Positions 62,651 to 64,000 of a stretch of 64,000 nt of DNA are shown piece after piece. The stretch is from Scyliorhinus canicula (lineage: Eukaryota). A program made the position numbers and the translations under genes. The stretch is from the NCBI RefSeq assembly GCF_902713615.1, contig NW_024056013.1, positions 746,773 through 810,772 on the forward strand. Reading direction: 5' to 3'. The first letter of the stretch is position 1. Every line of letters begins with the position of its first letter. The notes below the pieces were generated by a model. It saw nothing but the letters and a program-made list of their open reading frames with translations, was not told the DNA's origin and searched no databases.

Positions 62651-63694
62651 AAGGTGATGAGTGAACTCTCTTTCTCTGCACCTCCCAGGGACAACCCAAA
62701 GGCAATTTGCTGAGCTGACCAAGAGAGATTATTACTCAATATCTTCCCATCCCCAAGCAGGGAGTTTTGGAAGTAAACGGTTGTCTGGACTAAGAACTCA
62801 GTTATGACATTACAAGACGCCATGTAGTTTACAGGCTGATACATAATAAAGATGTTCTTAAAATACTATTTATGCACATAATTATTTTAGCACCCGTTCC
62901 TCTTATCCGTATGCTGAGACCGATTCCCCATAATCCAAATCCAGACTGGTGATTGAATTCTCGCTGGGTTTTCACTGTTCTCTCCTGAGGCACCTCCTTG
63001 TATTTTTGCATTAGGTCACCTGATGTCAGCTTGCAACTCACGGAAAACACATTTATATGCAGAAAGTTCAACATATTCTACATCGGTATCATACCCACAA
63101 CTGGCAAAGCTACAGACAGCTGATACAATACACAGACAGATAAACAGACACAGACACTACACACACATGCACACAGACCCAAACACACACACACCTCACA
63201 CGGAGACACAAACACACAGAGAAACACACATAGAAACACATGCACAAAATACACCCAGGCACAACGGACCACACATTTGACACAAAAACCACGCAAATGT
63301 GCACAAAAATTCACAAGCATGCACATAAACCAAAAAGCACATGTTTAGAATCACACAGACTCACGTGCGCATCCACACATACAAACACAATTCCACACAC
63401 ACAGTGGGTACACGCATGTATACAGACATATACAACCACATGTCCACACAGATACACAGACATATACAACCAGACAAGCAGGCTGACAGAAGAATATGAA
63501 ACAGAAATGTAACCAATAACATGTAAATTAGCAGAATTCACGATGACAGAAATATTTCCATTCAAACAGAGACAATAATCCACACTAACGGACACATGTA
63601 GATACATAGCTGACTCGTACACACGCTAACACGAACACATATGAATATACATAGAGTCATCAATACCATCAATAGATAGTTATAATCAAATCAA

Positions 63695-64000
63695 CGCATA
63701 AATAGCACTGCTGCCTCACAGTACCATAAACCCGGGTTCAATTCCAGCCTTGGGTGATTGTCTGTGTGGAGTTCCCACGTTCTGCCGGGTCTGTTTCTGT
63801 TTCCTCCGCGTGCTCTAGTTTCCTCCCCAGTCCAAAGATGTGCAGGTTTGGTGGATTGGCCAGGCTATATTACCCCTTAGTGCCCACAACGTTAGGTGGG
63901 GTTAGGAGGTTCTGGGCATAGGGCAGGGGCATGCGTCCAGGCAGAGTGCTCTTTCGGAGGGTCGGTGCAGCACAATGGGCCGAATGGCCTCGTTCGGCGC
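63695..64000 (+). mobile_element. HE1-like SINE, runs off the window end
   Basis: GGGTTCAATTCCAGCC..TCCAAAGATGTGCAGG..GGGCCGAATGGCC. Confidence 0.8.

Overview
Eukaryotic genomic DNA from a cartilaginous fish (shark-type IgH cluster, shark-type SINEs and LINEs), with one N gap at 9667-10148. There are two antigen-receptor components. (1) A TCR alpha/delta-type V segment on the minus strand: leader 3707-3752, V exon 3303-3606, a 23-RSS, and a strong CTCF motif 25 bp beyond the nonamer. (2) An IgM heavy-chain cluster on the plus strand: L-VH-D1-D2-JH (39113-40873, intact, canonical 23 / 12-22 / 12-12 / 23 RSS arrangement), a ~16.3 kb J-C intron, and Cmu1-Cmu4 with the secretory tail (57202-61288). 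As assembled, the C exons carry seven 1-2 nt deletions (pseudogene or consensus error). No TM exon is recognisable in the window. The most striking unexplained structure is a ~5.4 kb purine/G-rich tandem array (~39-bp unit with a GAGCTGGGG core and dense WGCW AID hotspots) ending ~0.7 kb before Cmu1. It sits where tetrapods have the S-mu switch region, although sharks are generally considered to lack S regions. Upstream of it lie a C-rich array of opposite strand skew, an inverted repeat and an E-box-bearing minisatellite. The ~35 kb between the TCR V and the VH is CR1/L2-like, RTE and Penelope retroelements, tRNA-derived SINEs and a diverged tandem duplication. Repeat boundaries are approximate, and I could not run any searches, so novelty claims are unverified.
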